Made by a program: the position numbers and the translations under genes. From assembly GCF_037042905.1 (NCBI RefSeq), contig NC_087245.1:2544001-2608000 (forward strand): a DNA stretch of 64,000 nt, given 5' to 3'. The first letter of the stretch is position 1; every line of letters starts with the position of its first letter. Origin of the DNA: Lytechinus pictus (lineage: Eukaryota). Positions 13,660 to 27,649 of this stretch are shown piece after piece. The notes beneath the pieces were generated by a model, which saw only the letters and a list, made by a program, of their open reading frames with translations, was not told the origin of the DNA and did no database searches.

Positions 13660-14152
13660 CACTACAAAAACGCCGGTGTTAATTTAACACCAGCTTGGTA
13701 TATATATACCTGTCTACACCAGAGAAGCGTTGAAACAGTTAAGAATCAAACCGATATTGGTTTAACCATGGAGCTAACACAGAAGTAGCTCCATGGCTTA
13801 ATACTTAACTTGGTGTCGCTTAAATGCCAAATTGGTGTTAGCCTTACACCAAACCGGTGTTGTTTCAACACCTCTCTGGAGCTAACACAGAAGTATCTCC
13901 ATGGCTTAATACTTAACTTGGTGTTGCTTAAATGCCAAATTGGTGTTAGCCTTACACCAAACCGGTGTTGTTTCAACACCTCTCTGGAGCTAACACAGAA
14001 GTAGCTCCATGGCTTAATACTTAACACGGTGTTGCTTAAATGCCAAATTGGTGTTAGCCTTACACCAAACCGGTGTTGTTTCAACACCTCTCTGGTGTGG
14101 AACGATACAGATACCAGGCTGGTGTTAAATTAACACCGGCGGATTTGCAGTG
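13660..14152. mobile_element. CACTA/EnSpm-like MITE with 3 x 108-bp tandem repeat
   Basis: TIRs cactacaaaaacgccggtgttaatttaacaccagc / gctggtgttaaattaacaccggcggatttgcagtg; 2-bp TSD CA; units start at 13770, 13878, 13986. Confidence 0.88.
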
Positions 14153-14504
14153 CATGGAAATAATTCATCGTAAAATCAAATGTAAAAAAATACGTCACAT
14201 CATGGACCTATGGTCACATTAATAAGGTTATGCTGAGCAATAGTAACATAACGCGATTGTACTGAACAGTCATGTCACGATTATAAATCATTATTGGTTT
14301 TATAAATAGGTTCAAAATAGATTGATATGTAGTACTATACGCCCTTGTAATATTTCCTGGTATCTGGATATCTTCCAATCGGCATCGTATACACGGTATG
14401 TGCCATTACGGATATGTGAATATTAATTGCTGGATTTCCTTTTTTCTTCTTTCCAAGCTTGGCTTATTATGGAAAAGGGAGTGAAGAGACCTAGCCGCCA
14501 AACA

Positions 14505-14707
14505 CTATCACCATCATCACCAACATCATCATCATCACCATCATCATCATCTTCATCATCAACACCGTCATAATCATCAACATCATCCTCACCATCACCA
14601 CCATCATCATCATAACCATCATCAACAACACCGTCATAATCATCATCATCACCATCACCATCATCATCTTCATCTTCCTCATTATCATCATCATCACCAT
14701 CAACATC

Positions 14708-14738
<31 letters not shown>

Positions 14739-14748
14739 ACAACAACAA
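14505..14748. repeat. Degenerate (CAT)n microsatellite
   Basis: Direct reading. Confidence 0.95.
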
Positions 14749-15334
14749 TGTCGTGTATAGGATGAAGTTTTTATAATTGCTTCATCTGTATTAATGATTT
14801 TTTGTTTTGTTTTCTCATGTACATCGGGTAATGACTTAAATTTGGATTTGACCGTTAATTGGGCATGTTGGGGGCGTGTTGCTAATATGTCTCGTCGTGG
14901 GAAAAGTGTTTCCAAGAGTCGTCCTATATTTTGTCTTATTTTCGTGATACAAGCCCAATGACGTAAGTAGAATTATTTATTACTTTCAAATTAATCACCT
15001 GTACTGTATTTTAAGCAGAATGGCATGATGAAAAATAAACGTTATAGTAAGTAAATGATGAGTCAAATTTATGGCATGGATGAGTTGTTCAAGTAAGGAG
15101 ATTACATTACGTGTATACGTGAATGTTATGTAATGAAAGTGTGAAGTCGTACGTAGTCGTGTAAAGCGACATGAACGAGGCGCCTTCGGACATGAGCTTG
15201 TAATTTACATAATAAAGAGGTATAAACAAGACACCGTTGTTGAAGATGCATACTCAGACATTTAGGTAAATTGTAGTTTCTTTGACCAAAAGATGAACTA
15301 AGGCAACATAATGCATGATTTATGTAGTGTACTT

Positions 15335-16793
15335 CAGCGGCGTAACAGGGGTCGGTGGCCAGGGGGGGGGGGGGGGGCAAGAGCCAAAAATTTCCCGGTC
15401 ATATGGTGGAACAGGCAATGGCGTCATAAGGCAAAAATTTTGAGGGGGCGATATAGGCCTATATATATATAAAAACGAGCGAGCGAAGCGAGCGAGCAAT
15501 AAAAATTGACATTTTTATTGCAAAAATCCAATTTTATGATAGATTTTGACATAATGTTAAAAAGATGATATCATATTTCACCCTCCTCTCTTTCCTTTTT
15601 TTCTCTCTTTTTTTGTACGCCACGGTGAACAGGATTTTTGTTATGATTGAGCATCAGGGCGAAGCTCTATATGCTCGAGGGGGCCGAGTATGGCGCTTCT
15701 GGCAAAATGTAGCTTAATATAGGTCCCGAGCGAGCGAAGCGAGCGAAATAAAAAAATCACCTTTTCATGAGAATCTAACATGAAGATAGATTTTAACGTG
15801 ATATTCAGAAAAATATAATACACTTTCCTTTCTTTCCTCATTTTTTTTGTTTGGTTGTAGAACTTTTGGGGGCCATGGTCCAAACTCATCCATATAACAG
15901 TGCTTTATGGGTGAGGTCCAGGGCAGAGCCCCGGAACCTCTTGATATCAAAGCCATTTTGAACCTTACAGATGGCCACTTATTTTAATCAAATTGCGTGT
16001 ATATTTATATAGCTTTAACACAACACATAAATTCAATGCAGTTGTGTATCGTAATCATCCGAATATTGTGAGGGGCACACCATAGCAAATATGTGAAAAT
16101 TTGTAAAAAGTCGCCAGCGAGCGAAGCGAGCCAGAAAAAAAATGGCCTGTTAAAATGAAATTCTAATTATGTGATAGATTTTTACATCATTATAGCAAAT
16201 ATCATGTCATATATTTTTTTTCATTCATCTCATTTCGCTGCCTCCTTTATTTTCTTTTATTTCCCCTTGGCTGTGGAACCACCCCCCGATACGCCAGTGC
16301 TTCAACGTAAAGCTTAATGCAGGAAGGGTCCATAAAGGGGCTCGTTATAGAACCCATTAAAGGTTACAGATGAAGAGCCCCCACTGCACGGGGTCTTGAC
16401 TCTTGGACAGAGCCTTTGGAGATTTAGCAAGTTTATGATAGACTTTCATACGACATTATGCTATATACCATCCATTTTTCTTCCCGCTCGTTATCTCAAT
16501 CCTCGGCAGCCCGGTGGTGTACGTTATCTTGTCCCTATTCTTTAATTTCCAAATTAGATTTTGGCTAATTCCATTCTGCATTTATTTCCCGCTTTTGTTT
16601 GCCTTTTTAACATCTTTAATTTATTTCCCTGTCTTACTAACATGACTAATCATGCTAATGTATTTGTATATCGGGGCGAATTGTTCTTTCTCACTTGTTC
16701 TTTTTTCCTTCCTTTTCCCGTTATCTTTCCGTTTTCCCTTTTTTATGTTTTTTCTTAGTTTTCTTTTCTTTTCTTCCGCCTGTTACGCCACTG
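15335..16793. mobile_element. hAT-like non-autonomous element containing further nested fragments
   Basis: TIRs cagcggcgtaacagg / cctgttacgccactg; 8-bp TSD gtgtactt (15327-15334, 16794-16801). Confidence 0.85.
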
Positions 16794-16991
16794 GTGTACT
16801 TGACCTTAAAGGAAGTCTTCATAATTTACTCGGGGTTTTTAGAACAATATGTTGTAATGGGGGGGGGGTATGAAATCAGGTGCAACGTAACATGTTTATG
16901 CTCAAGTCGGGTTATCAAACCATTGTTTATTAAATTGCAGATTGATCTGCATGTTATCTGCATGTTCACTAAATACAACAAACTGTGGTCT

Positions 16992-17404
16992 GTTGGTTGG
17001 TTGGTTGATTGGGTGGGTGGTTGATTGGGTGGGTGGGTGGTTGCTTGCCTTGGTTGGTTGGTTGGTTTGTTGGTTGGTTGGTTGGTTGCATTGGTTGGTT
17101 GGTTGGTTGCATTGGTTGGTTGGTTGGTTGGTTGGTTTGTTGGTTGGTTGGTTGGTTGGTTGGTTGCATTGGTTGGTTGGTTGGTTGGTTGGTTTGTTGG
17201 TTGGTTGGTTGGTTGGTTGCATTGGTTGGTTGGTTGGTTGGTTGCATTGGTTGGTTGGTTGGTTGGTTGGTTTGTTGGTTGGTTGGTTGGTTGCCTTGGT
17301 TGGTTGGTTGGTTGGTTGGTTGGTTGGTTGCCTTGGTTGGTTGGTTTGTTGGTTGGTTGCCTTGGTTGGTTTGTTTGTTGGTTGGTTGCCTTGGTTGGTT
17401 GGTT
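16992..17404. repeat. (GGTT)n microsatellite with variant units
   Basis: GGTT array punctuated by gcatt, gcctt and tgtt variants. Confidence 0.95.
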
Positions 17405-17846
17405 TTAGTGATGATGGCGCTATTCCATCGATATCTCTGATGATCTACGCCAGGCTATGCGAGTGGGATTCCACCCTCCCCTGAATAGCTCTCGCTCGTC
17501 ATTCGATTCTGCTATTTAATTGCACTATGTGCGAGATACAGATTCGCCTAAAGGCGTATTGTAATATTAAAAATAATTACTTTTTTAAATTTAATAACCA
17601 TCGGTTGTTAGATTTGACAGTTAGTACTTGTGCTTGTATTTTCCCTTCATGGACATAAGTGTTAGTTAATTGGTTTCAATGATGTCTTTCGAAAGCATTA
17701 AGCGCTCCTTGTATAAATAATGTACTCCATAAATTATCTTCGATTTATCAAAGGCCTGAGGTATAAAGAATACAACAGAAGAAGGAAGTAAATCGTGTTA
17801 TCTACATGAATATTTTTTTTCTTCTATTTACATATAGGAGAGGGTG

Positions 17847-18691
17847 CACTGTAAAAATATTGGGTAAAATTTTAACCAGCACGAGAGTAATTATGTTTCC
17901 AACCAATTATATACAGTATTTTACCCAATGCGGGAAGCATATTGTCCAGTAAGGTTAAAGGGATGGTCCGGGCTGAAACTATTTATATCTAAATAAATAG
18001 AGTAAAATTCACAGAGCAAAATGCTGAAAATTTCATCAAAATCGGATAACAAATAACGAAGTTATTGAATTTTAAAGTTTATCAATATTTTGTGAAAACA
18101 GTTATAAGCACATTGTCATGAATATTCATTAGTCGGGCTGATGATGTCACATCCCCACTTTCCTCTTTTTTATGTTATTACATGAAATCATAAATGTTTC
18201 ATTTTTCATGCATGTGTAAATGATGTGTCTCCAGTATGATGAAATAAGTTGCAGCAGTAATCACTTATGCAATAATCACTTATCAATCCAATTGTTTTAG
18301 TTCTTGGCAGAATTTTTTTGAATAAACCTAATTTCATATAATAAAATACAAAAGAACAAGTGGGAATGTGAAATCATCAGCCCACCTAATGAATATTCAT
18401 AAAGACATGCCTAGAACTGTTTCACCGGAATAATGCAAATCTTTAAAATTCAATAACTTCGTTTATTTGTTATTCGGCGATTTTGATCAAATTTTCAGCA
18501 TTTTGCTTTGTGAATTTTACTCTATTTATTGAGATATAAATATCTCCAGCCTGTACCATCCCTTTAAATATAAGCATCAATTACTTTAGAATGGGCAAAA
18601 CTTTCATCACACTGGATAAATAGAAATGCCCAATGTTAGTTGGACACATAATTACCCTCATATAGCATTTTTACCCAATATTTTTAGAGTG
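17847..18691. mobile_element. CACT-ended (EnSpm-like) MITE
   Basis: TIRs cactgtaaaaatattgggtaaaa / ttttacccaatatttttagagtg; 2-bp TSD TG. Confidence 0.88.
17959..18563. mobile_element. TTAA-specific MITE with AGG...CCT ends (Kolobok-like), nested in the CACT element
   Basis: ttaa|agggatggt ... accatccct|ttaa with long imperfect subterminal inverted repeats. Confidence 0.88.
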
Positions 18692-19114
18692 TGGGGTAAA
18701 TAAGGCCACCTGTTAGTTTTTAGCTTACTGCTCAAGAATGGTAGGGTCAAATAGATTACTGCATGTTTGGGTAGTATTTGAGACAATTCTTTAGCATAGA
18801 TCTTGAGCATAGAGAAAGTACCACAGCGCAGTGCACATGGCCAGGAGGAGCACAAACCAAGCAGGTTGAAAGTAGCATTGCCACTTTAGAGATGCGAGTA
18901 CTGTACATACCCAGTAATGTGTATTAATTTTTATCTTAGCTTACTTGTGTAAGGTATTATTGTGCATGCCAGAACTGTATGAACTCAACATGTCTGATTG
19001 GGCAAATGAGGCCACCTGGATTAATACACAATTAAAACTCTATGGTTACATCTGTTAAAACTTAAAAATGCAGTGTAGACATCACCACACTTGATTATAC
19101 TCCGCCACACTTGT

Positions 19115-19481
19115 GGAGGAGCCGTGGTGTAGTGGTTCTGACTCTCGCCTTGTAAACAGAGGGTCTCGTATTGTTCGAATACCAGTGCCACGGTCTGGCG
19201 TCCTTTGGCAAGGCGTTAATCCACACTTTGCCATTCTCGACCCATGCTATATGGGTACCCGGTAGGATGTGAAAGTCGTTGTAGCTTGTCCAGTACTGTG
19301 TGCGCCTCACCGGCGACTGACTGGAATACTCCTCAGGGAGTGGAGGATGTGCACACATTGTGTGAGGGAATGATTGATTGAATCCGATGACTGGGGTAAT
19401 AATATATCTGTATAAGCGTAAAGCATTCCGATGTATTTAGCGCTATATAAAAGCGGATTATTATTATTATTATTATTATCA

Positions 19482-19512
<31 letters not shown>

Positions 19513-19517
19513 TATTA
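19115..19517 (+). mobile_element. tRNA-derived SINE
   Basis: A box tggtgtagtgg (19125), B box gttcgaatacc (19173), central body, gcgctatataaa followed by an (ATT)n tail. Confidence 0.88.
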
Positions 19518-20792
19518 TGTATGTGTCTACTGCCAATAAAACACGTAGATACACAATAATATAACTGTGATAGTAGAAAACACAATCTGATAATCTTTTT
19601 CCCATATTATTGGAAAGGATTAATAAATTAATCCTAATATGGGGTGTTTTGGTAAAAAACTAAATGTTAATAATATGATTGTTACTAGTAAATGTTTAGT
19701 GATTGTATTAAGCCAACTAAACTATTTTTACTTCGAAAACAGCAACATAAAATCGGTTTTGATCAGGAGGCCTCATTTGCCCCATTTAGGTGGGGAAAAT
19801 ATGGCCACCCGACAGAAAATATTAATGGCTCATTAATATGCAAATTAGGCTGATTAGTTCTAACATGTCTAATGGATAATGTAAGTCTATTTATTCTAGA
19901 TCTAGACAAGTAATAGACATCTAATCATGTTTCTACTGCTCTACATTAAAAAGATATATATAATTGGAATTATAAAAAAGGCGGCCTTATTTACCCCTCT
20001 ATCCCCAATACATATCACGCAACATACAACTATAAAATAATGTAAAAGTAACCAGCCTAATAAGAAGACCTGAATATGAATATATACAAAATATATAAGT
20101 AACCAGCCTCAAATATAGGTACACATATATAAATGCATGCACACATTATATAATTGGTTAAATTTTCCACTGCGGCCTTTTATAAAAGCTGTATATTTAA
20201 AAATTTATTTCTCGTTTGTCATATTTTGAGGAGCCCACTATATACAAGATTTGCTTTTTAGTGGGATCCTCCATTTTCACAAATTATAAATCACAAATCC
20301 TTTACACATGATTATTTTGTATGTAACTTTCTTATAACATGTCTTTTTCAAGTTGATTTAATGACCCTGGTATATTTCTTATGATGTTGACAGTGACTTG
20401 TTATAATTGTATTTATTTGATTTATATTTTGTTGAAAATTAAATAAATGAAGTGAATGAAATTAAATTAAAGCTAAAATGGCTGAAAAATGTTGTTCTTT
20501 AGCAAATAACGTAGTTATGTTCGGATCAATAACTTTCAATTTGAGAATGATGAAGTCGATCCCTTTGTCTTGCATATAAAGGAGATAATAACATAACATG
20601 CTTTATAAGTCTGACAGTTATTACAAAGTCTTGTATCATGTTTTTATTCAAATAATCATAATAGTTTAACCTGTATTTATCAAGACGGAATTGATGACAA
20701 ATTGTTTCATCTTTCCTGCCAAAACTTTTTATGATGCATTTGTATTTCACCTCTTGGGTCAGAATGTAGTTCACCGCATCACATGCCACAAA

Positions 20793-20863
20793 CATCATCA
20801 TCATCATCAACGTCATCATCATCACCATCATCCTCGCCACAATCATCATCATCATCATCATCA
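20793..20863. repeat. (CAT)n microsatellite
   Basis: Direct reading. Confidence 0.9.
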
Positions 20864-20959
20864 CCTACTTCGATTATATCATTTTTTGAACGGAAATCTA
20901 TCAATCTAAATTACTAACATCATCATAATTCATCAAAGCTGTGTGCGCTATGAACGCCT

Positions 20960-21050
20960 AGCTTAGCCGGGTAATATAGGAGCGCCTTGAGCACCTAACA
21001 AGGTGGATATGTGCGCAATATAAATACCCTATATTATTATTATTATTATT
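20960..21050 (+). mobile_element. 3' end fragment of a SINE or LINE
   Basis: agcgccttgagcac...gtgcgcaatataaat followed by an (ATT)n tail. Confidence 0.6.
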
Positions 21051-21980
21051 ATAATTATTTATATTTTGTTCATTTGATAATATTGATGATTGCGGGGGTG
21101 ACTGTATGCTGCGTTTGATCTGTCGTTTCCTTTTTCGAAACATGGACTGTGCTCCGGTTTGCTCGGCCAAATACATGTATAACATATCATGATAATTAAA
21201 AGAATGAACATTATATGATCTTGAGCCAATATAAACAAAAGACAAACGCATTTTATAACGTACGAGAATCGTCTTCCTCCTTCTCAGCCAAAAATAGAAT
21301 ATCAAAATTATTATTATGCCTAGACCGATAAAAAAGTTCAACTCAACTTATTTGAATGCACGAATATGACTAATACATGAATGAATATGTTCATTTTTGT
21401 TCTCTCTTTTTTTTTGGGGGGGTGTCTATATCTATTTCCCCAATCCGAAATATTTAAAACGCAAAAAAGGGGAAATTTCAGATATCATACCAGACAGCGT
21501 AATTGTGGAAAGCATAAATTATTTAGTTCAAATGATATTAGAATATTTCCCTTGCTTGTGAAATCAAGAAGGTGTTATAGTTTGGGAGAGTAATCATTAA
21601 CAAGTCAGGGTCACATCACATGGAGACCAGATGATTCTTGTCTTGTATTTCGTCGAAATTTTATTTACCATAATTTATCGGCCTGCGAAGCCCTTGTCTT
21701 TGTTCTTTGAAACTTTTGTTAGATATAAAGTACGGAGATGATCCGGTGGAAAAAAAAAGAGACCAGTCACTGATAGCTAATTACAGGTAAGATGTGCTTT
21801 GCAGATGAAAGTAATATGTAAATGTCTCTCCAAAAATATCAATATTCTCTCTGAATTTCGGATAGAGCCATTAACATGTCCAAAAGACTATCTAATTTTC
21901 ACACCCCCTTTTCCTATCAACGATGACCTGCTATATCAAAATATGAAATTCCATCGACAATTTAGAAATAACATCCTTAC

Positions 21981-22063
21981 CTTAGCGATTCCAGGGCGAC
22001 ATTGGCTGCACTGTTAGAAGACTGATTATACATGGTCATGATGTTTTCTGATATCCTTTCCAT
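21981..22063 (-). CDS. GPCR-A coding exon 1 (MERISENIMTMYNQSSNSAANVALESL + AG, phase 2)
   Basis: ATG at 22063, 27 open codons with an NQS sequon, ending AG|gtaagg. AG plus the first T of the next exon gives Ser, so ESL-S-LF parallels ESI-S-LG in the paralog. Too short for the ORF track. Confidence 0.85.
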
Positions 22064-22443
22064 GCAGGAATTAATTATCCCAAATTATTCCCCTTTTGAG
22101 AACTTAGGATGATTTTTGACCTGATAAACAGCGTCCAGTTCATAATTACATATACAATTCTTTAACTATACCACGCAAATTACCGCGATGTTTATCGATG
22201 CGTATGTGACTAGTCCAACCAGTAAAATGAAAGTTATACCCCATACTTTCTACTCCTCCGCGATCAATAACCTTTCAATATTAGCGCGTTCACACAATGG
22301 TTTTATTTTTTGGCTGACATTCAATAAGCTAAAGTAACACACTCATTCAAATTAAATAATTCTAGTCGGTCCTTTTAGAAGTTTCAATAAAAACGGGAAG
22401 GTGAAAATTACAAAATTTATATCCGAGTAATAAAAAAAGAACG

Positions 22444-22525
22444 TATATATATATATATATACAATATATATACATATATATATGTATATATGTATATACA
22501 TATATGTATACATATATATATATAT

Positions 22526-22563
<38 letters not shown>
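22444..22563. repeat. (TA)n microsatellite
   Basis: Direct reading. Confidence 0.95.
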
Positions 22564-25500
22564 GTATTTTCTTTACCCATTTCTTTCATAACATTTAAAT
22601 AAAAAAGAGTTGATAAAGATGTTGTACATGTACAGTATAATTTTTCACACTATTTTATAATATATGAATATAGCGCACAATATATTGGCTTTAATCACAA
22701 AATGCAGATAAATACACAATAATAAAATAAGAAAGTTGAGTGTGCTGGTTTTAGGAAGTAGTTTGTTTTTTTAACTGAGTGTCGCATGACATCAAATCAC
22801 TGCCACTATTGTCTTACATACTACATGATATACTTGAAGAACCTCAAACCAAATTAAATATCGATACAAATGTTACACGAAACTCGCTAGTGTAAATGGA
22901 CACATCGTCACGATAACTGTTATTTGAAACCCGAAACAAGTTTTTATGTGCATTCATAAAGCAAAAACATCGAAACCAGATACAAGGATTTGTAAAAAAT
23001 AAAACCTGCCATACTTCAAGTTACTGGTATTAGCAAGTAGTGAATCAGAATACTATTATGTTTTAACAATCAAAAGATAGAGTGGTTGATAATGCTCCCC
23101 ACCCTTTTTACCAACAACGAACTTAAGGAACGTATTGAAAAAGACAGAGATCGCACGATGGATAGCATAATTAATATGAAAGTACTTGTAAGTAGTGATC
23201 TACGCAATCAGAAATCAGTCGTAATATAAATTGATAAAATTATTGGTAATTGGTGAATATCAAATTGATAATCTTTGCGCTTCAATTAGTAATTGAATTC
23301 AAAGAATCCAGAATGTCGAATCCATTAAATTTGTTCGTTTAATAGCATTATAAAAACTTGTTTTGCTTTCGAACAAACAAGACCATGAATAGACATCATG
23401 CCTTTCCCCATGACTATGGTTAATAGTGAATTTCAAGAAATATACGCTTTGTCTACATAATTATTTATAATCCCCTTTTATTATACTAATGGTCTAAGCA
23501 GCGGGGTAGACAGCCCGAAAATCTTGAAGGGGCCAAAATGGCGTATGGGACAACATTTCTAAAATGGTGTGAGTGAGCGAAGCGAGCGAGCAATTTGGTG
23601 ACCTATTTAATCCAAAATTATAATTGTGATAAATTCTTTACAAAATATTCAGAAAACATTTCACCCCTTTCCCGCACCTTTATCTTATTTCTCTGCCTTT
23701 CTTGGTCGTGACAAAATGTAACGTGAGTAACCGTAACGTGAGTAACCACTTTATCTGCACCCCTAGTAAAAACCATGTGTTCTTTATTTTTTGAATTATA
23801 TACAAAGTTTGTATCCCTAATATACTTCTTTGAAATGGATATAATCAACTTTCATAAAAGCCTTATATGTAGACACTTTTCACTTATGTCGACTTTTCAT
23901 TTTATGCATGTCCAAATCATGTAACGTGAGTAACCGACACATTTCAAAGATTTGCCAGGAGCATAATAAAATTTCCCAAGTTTTGTTTTTATACAAAGGA
24001 TAGTCAGACTGCGTACTGTGTTGTGATAAAGAGATGTTTAGTTCCTATCAATAATAATGGAGTTACAGCTCCAAGTATGAGTCAAGGTGTCTCCAAATGT
24101 AACGTGGGTAACCGTGGAATAGCCCATATGCATATCTGAGTTTATTCTTCATATAAAGAAACGTGTGAAAATGTTATGTTTTCAAGTCAAAATATCAAAA
24201 GTTCTCTGATCGCGCTTCTGTACCGACAGTGATAAGAATGTCCTGGTTTAAAGTCTAAACCTCAACAAAAATTTCAGGTCGCGCTTCGCGCTCGCATTAA
24301 ATATTTAGTGAGATCAATATTCTCTCCACACTTTTCCTTCATATTGATGTTGGAGAGTGATTAAAATTTTCCTTTCTGGTCAGTACTTTACCAAAAATTT
24401 CAGCTCGCGCTTTGCACTCGCATTATGTTTATTGAGATATACAGCTTGTTTAATTACAGATCCAGAAACTGAGTTTGTTTTAATGTAGAAACATGTAAAA
24501 ACGTTTAGTTTTCAAGTCAAAATATAAAAAAAAATCAGCTCGCGCTTCGCGCTCGCATGAATGTTTATTGAGATACACACCTTGTTCATTTACATATGTG
24601 GAATCTAAGTCTGTTCCTTATACAAAAACGTGTGAAAATGTTAAGTTTTTAAGTCAAAGTTGTCAGCTCGTACTTCTGTACCGACATTGAACCATTTTCC
24701 TTCATGTTTAACAGTGCTTAAAATGTTCCATTTCGGGTCAATAAACTAAAATTTGCGCTCGGTCTATTTGAATAGTGAGAAATGTATTATATTCATGAGT
24801 CCCTGTAAACAGTTGATAAACACGTTTTTTTTCTTCAAAAGGTTAATTAAAAGTATCAACTCGAGCTCATATAATTTGCCATATATGCATTTTATTCATG
24901 CAAAAAGTGCTTACAATGCCCAGTTTTCTTGTCGGAGATAAAAATTTCAGCTCGCGCTTCCCGCTCGCATTTGGTTGTTTGGTTGATATGTCTATATTAC
25001 AATCAAATTTTCAGGTCGAAATATAAAATTATTTAGCAAGCGCTTCGCGCTCACATTTTGGGATTGGAGAGAAATGTATTAATTCATGGATCACTACAAA
25101 CAGTCTTTAACAGGTCTTTGTGCTGGCCAGTATATTAAGATTTTCAGCTCGCGCTTTGCGCTCGCATGGATCGTTTAGTTAAATACCCATGATGATTACA
25201 AACGCTACTCACAATGTTCAATTTTCAGGGCTAAATGTATAAATTCTCCAAAAATATGAGCTCGCGCTTCGCGCTCGCGTATTCAGGTCACATGAATTAC
25301 CTTGTGAAAATTTAGTTAGGACTGACCCCTTAAAAAAAATAAAAAGAAAATCAGATTTCGGCGGCCAAGACGGGAAAATGTTGATGAAAATATCCCCCCC
25401 CCATCGATAAAAGCTGAAACTGATCCTGGGTATGACGAAAGAAAATGTGACTAAGGAGAATGTAGAACACTTCCAAGATTCATGGTTGCCGGACGTCGGT

Positions 25501-27649
25501 AATCGCTACCGATATTTGTCGGTTATCAGGGCCTCCACACCCCCCTACTGGAAAAGGCCTAGCGACGCCCCTGCACGTGAACATAATGCTATTAACGACT
25601 GTTCTTTCATTTTCATATCATCGTATTAACGGTGGATCAACAATACTCTGTTTCCTGAGAGTGAACAACATGAAAGTATCGATAATCACTTTCATATCGC
25701 ATGCTTCCTCAGTCCAATGCCCTTTGTCTGAAAATAATGTTGAAAATGGCTTCAAATGCAAGATTAGATTTTTTTTTCTTTGCCATCTCCTAACTATCCT
25801 TTCTATTTATTGTTATATTTCATTCATCTTGGAGTTGTCGACCATTTTGTATACATGAACCTTTTCGCTCCTATCAGAGCAAAAGAAAATGAATAGATTG
25901 TTTATTATTTTCTTACAATGGTTACGAAGAAAAATGCCTTAAAAATAGAAGTTTGGATCAGGGAACTATCAGCGAAGCAATCAATAATGTGTTTTACATT
26001 TTTTATGTTTTTATATTTCATATATTCTCCAAAACTGCTTAACATGTAACATGTGTAAGAAAAAAAAAAACAAGAGAGCATAATATGATGAACTACGTAC
26101 ATTAAAATACAATAAATTGTAAAATAATGACGATTTATCTTTTTATGTTATACCTGACATCACGATAAATTTTAAGCTCGAAATTATCCTTTTAATCATT
26201 CGTGTAACTTTGGTTATTATTGTCGCATTTTTATAAGAGGAATAAAGTTGTTGGTCATCTGATTACTTACTTCCAAACATGTTATAACGGTGTCATGTGG
26301 GTAAAATTTTGGGTAACATGGTACACCCCGGGGTGAAACTGGACATAGTAGAACTTCAACGTGCTGGTGATAAAATGGACAGCGTGAGGAGAATGTCTCC
26401 TTTCTCCTTTTGGCAAAAATAAATAAATAAATAAAAGAAATGGCTGCCACTATGTTTAACCTGTATGTTTTTGTTTTGTTTTCAGGACTTTGCAAACTAA
26501 GTTAACAGCTAGCATAATATATGATCTACCAGATCTTTAAAGTTTACTTAATATTTTTACCTACTAGAAATATCGAAAAAGTATCAAAAGGGATTTTAAA
26601 AAAACACATGTAACTTTCGCCGGATATTTGTGGAGAAATTGAAAACTATACATTTTTGGAAGCGTTATGGTATGAGCTATCAGAAAAACAATGTTTTCAT
26701 TTGCACCGAACCTATTATGGCCGCCATCTTGGATTTTTTTTAAATGGCCGCCGTGAAAGGGGTTTTCGGCAATATCTCGGCTTTTAAATAACCTAGAATC
26801 ATAATGCTTGCATCTTAACCACCATTTCTGAGGTCAATGAATGCAGTGGTATAAAAATAATCGAAACATTTTTTTACTATCATTTTGATAAATTTTTTGG
26901 TCTTTTCTACGAATTACGAGAATCAAACTTACGTCAAATTTCAAATTATGTGTTGCAAATGATGTGACAAAAAAATCACAATCATAATATGGTCATTTTC
27001 ATGTTTTGTACATGGTTTTTTTAAAAAAGTAGGGGGCTAAAGCCCCCCCCCCCGCCCCCCACTTCCGCGGCCCCTGATTTCAGTATTTAAAGTAACACCA
27101 GGATGTCGTACACGCTTTCAATTTATTTAGCATGTTTTTCTGTTCATAATTATGATCAAGTTCAAAGGTCAGTTAGGATCAATAACCTGTGAAAATATCA
27201 TGGTATCAATCTTATCAAGAATACTTTTTTGTATGGATCTATTTCATGAAACTTGGACATGAAATATCAAGTATCGCTGATCATCTTGTATGAAATTCGG
27301 GTTATAGCATCAAAATCAAAGGTCATTTAGGATCAATTAAATTTGACCATGTTGGGGGCATCAATATTAAAATCTTAACCAAGGTTAAGTTTTTGAAATG
27401 TCAATAGGTTTATATATACGGACCTATATCATGAAACCAGGACACAAGGATATTCAAGTATCAATGATCATGTACAATCTCATTTTAATTAAATTGAGAT
27501 TTTAAATACTAAAAAGGTGTTTTAAAAAACATTCCATATGTTACTTAAGATATACGTGATTAAATATATAGCAGCAGTGCTGACTTTGAAAAAAGCTATT
27601 GAATAACTATTCACACACACAAAAAAAATCATATGATAATAAAATACTA

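Noticed and set aside
13746..14087. ORF with three 36-aa repeats; also resembles a CRISPR-like array
   Set aside because: It is a 108-bp tandem repeat with no unique spacers, inside a TIR/TSD-bounded MITE, and there are no cas genes.
14491..14748. Poly-Met and poly-His ORFs (also 20526-20909)
   Set aside because: Translations of (CAT)n microsatellites.
16902..17484. Several long ORFs rich in W/L/V/G or Q/P/T/N
   Set aside because: Stop-free translations of the (GGTT)n microsatellite.
19115..19195. tRNA genes (also 33182-33250)
   Set aside because: Degenerate cloverleaf running into SINE bodies, so these are SINE heads.
20751..20795. Alternative first exon for GPCR-A (MFVACDAVNYILTQE|gt)
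   Set aside because: Its donor is phase 0 and the required phase-2 frame contains a TGA; 21981-22063 fits both phase and paralog.
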